Source: Octopus bimaculoides
Lineage: Eukaryota
NCBI RefSeq assembly: GCF_001194135.2
Contig: NC_068981.1
Location: forward strand, 107,824,456 to 107,860,777
Reading direction: 5' to 3'
DNA: 36,322 nt
Part shown: positions 36,106 through 36,322 of the stretch, in pieces
How the letters are laid out: every line of letters starts with the position of its first letter
Position numbering within the stretch: position 1 is the first letter of the stretch
Translations under genes and position numbers: made by a program
The notes under the pieces: model-generated
Database searches by the model: none
Told to the model about the DNA's origin: nothing
Seen by the model: the letters and a program-made list of their open reading frames with translations, nothing else

Positions 36106-36322
36106 TGTGCTAAAATCAAGAGCCACCTATCCTTTCTGGAAAGATGCAAACAAGAAAAAGTTATACCGGACGGTCTTACATCAAACATACCAATATGTAC
36201 ATCAAAGCCTGACAACTCATTGCTTCAAAAGTTTAAATTAATTGGTGAGAGCAATTCATTTAACATAATGGAAGCTATTATTGAACACTATCGTTCAAAA
36301 TTAAAACAACTTGGTACAGACA
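36106..36322 (+). mobile_element. Open reading frame resembling a Penelope-like ORF N-terminus (runs off window end)
   Basis: 72 stop-free codons CAKIKSHLSFLERCKQEKVIPDGL...; the H..FL..C....IP.GL pattern is typical of PLE N-terminal regions. Confidence 0.5.

Overview
AT-rich eukaryotic (invertebrate) DNA with four assembly gaps. The SINE families look like those of an octopod cephalopod, which is inference from recognition and not from a search. I found no convincing host protein-coding gene, rRNA, genuine tRNA or CRISPR array, and most track ORFs are microsatellite or gap artefacts. The window is mostly decayed transposable elements: a Penelope-like element (PLE) with inverted terminal repeats, each carrying a hammerhead ribozyme motif; a maT-like, a Tc1 and two mariner elements; pogo/Tigger; Helitron pieces; an L1/Tx1 relic; five R4/Dong-type retrotransposon fragments; a near-complete Chapaev3-like transposon with termini and TSD; and many tRNA-derived SINEs. 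The most unusual features are (1) an inverted pair of a composite element made of a tRNA-like Pol III head, an (AAT)n tract and a PLE-type minimal hammerhead (6130-6779), (2) hammerheads with a greatly enlarged stem II loop in the PLE repeats, and (3) a 104-bp-arm near-perfect palindrome abutting a gap.
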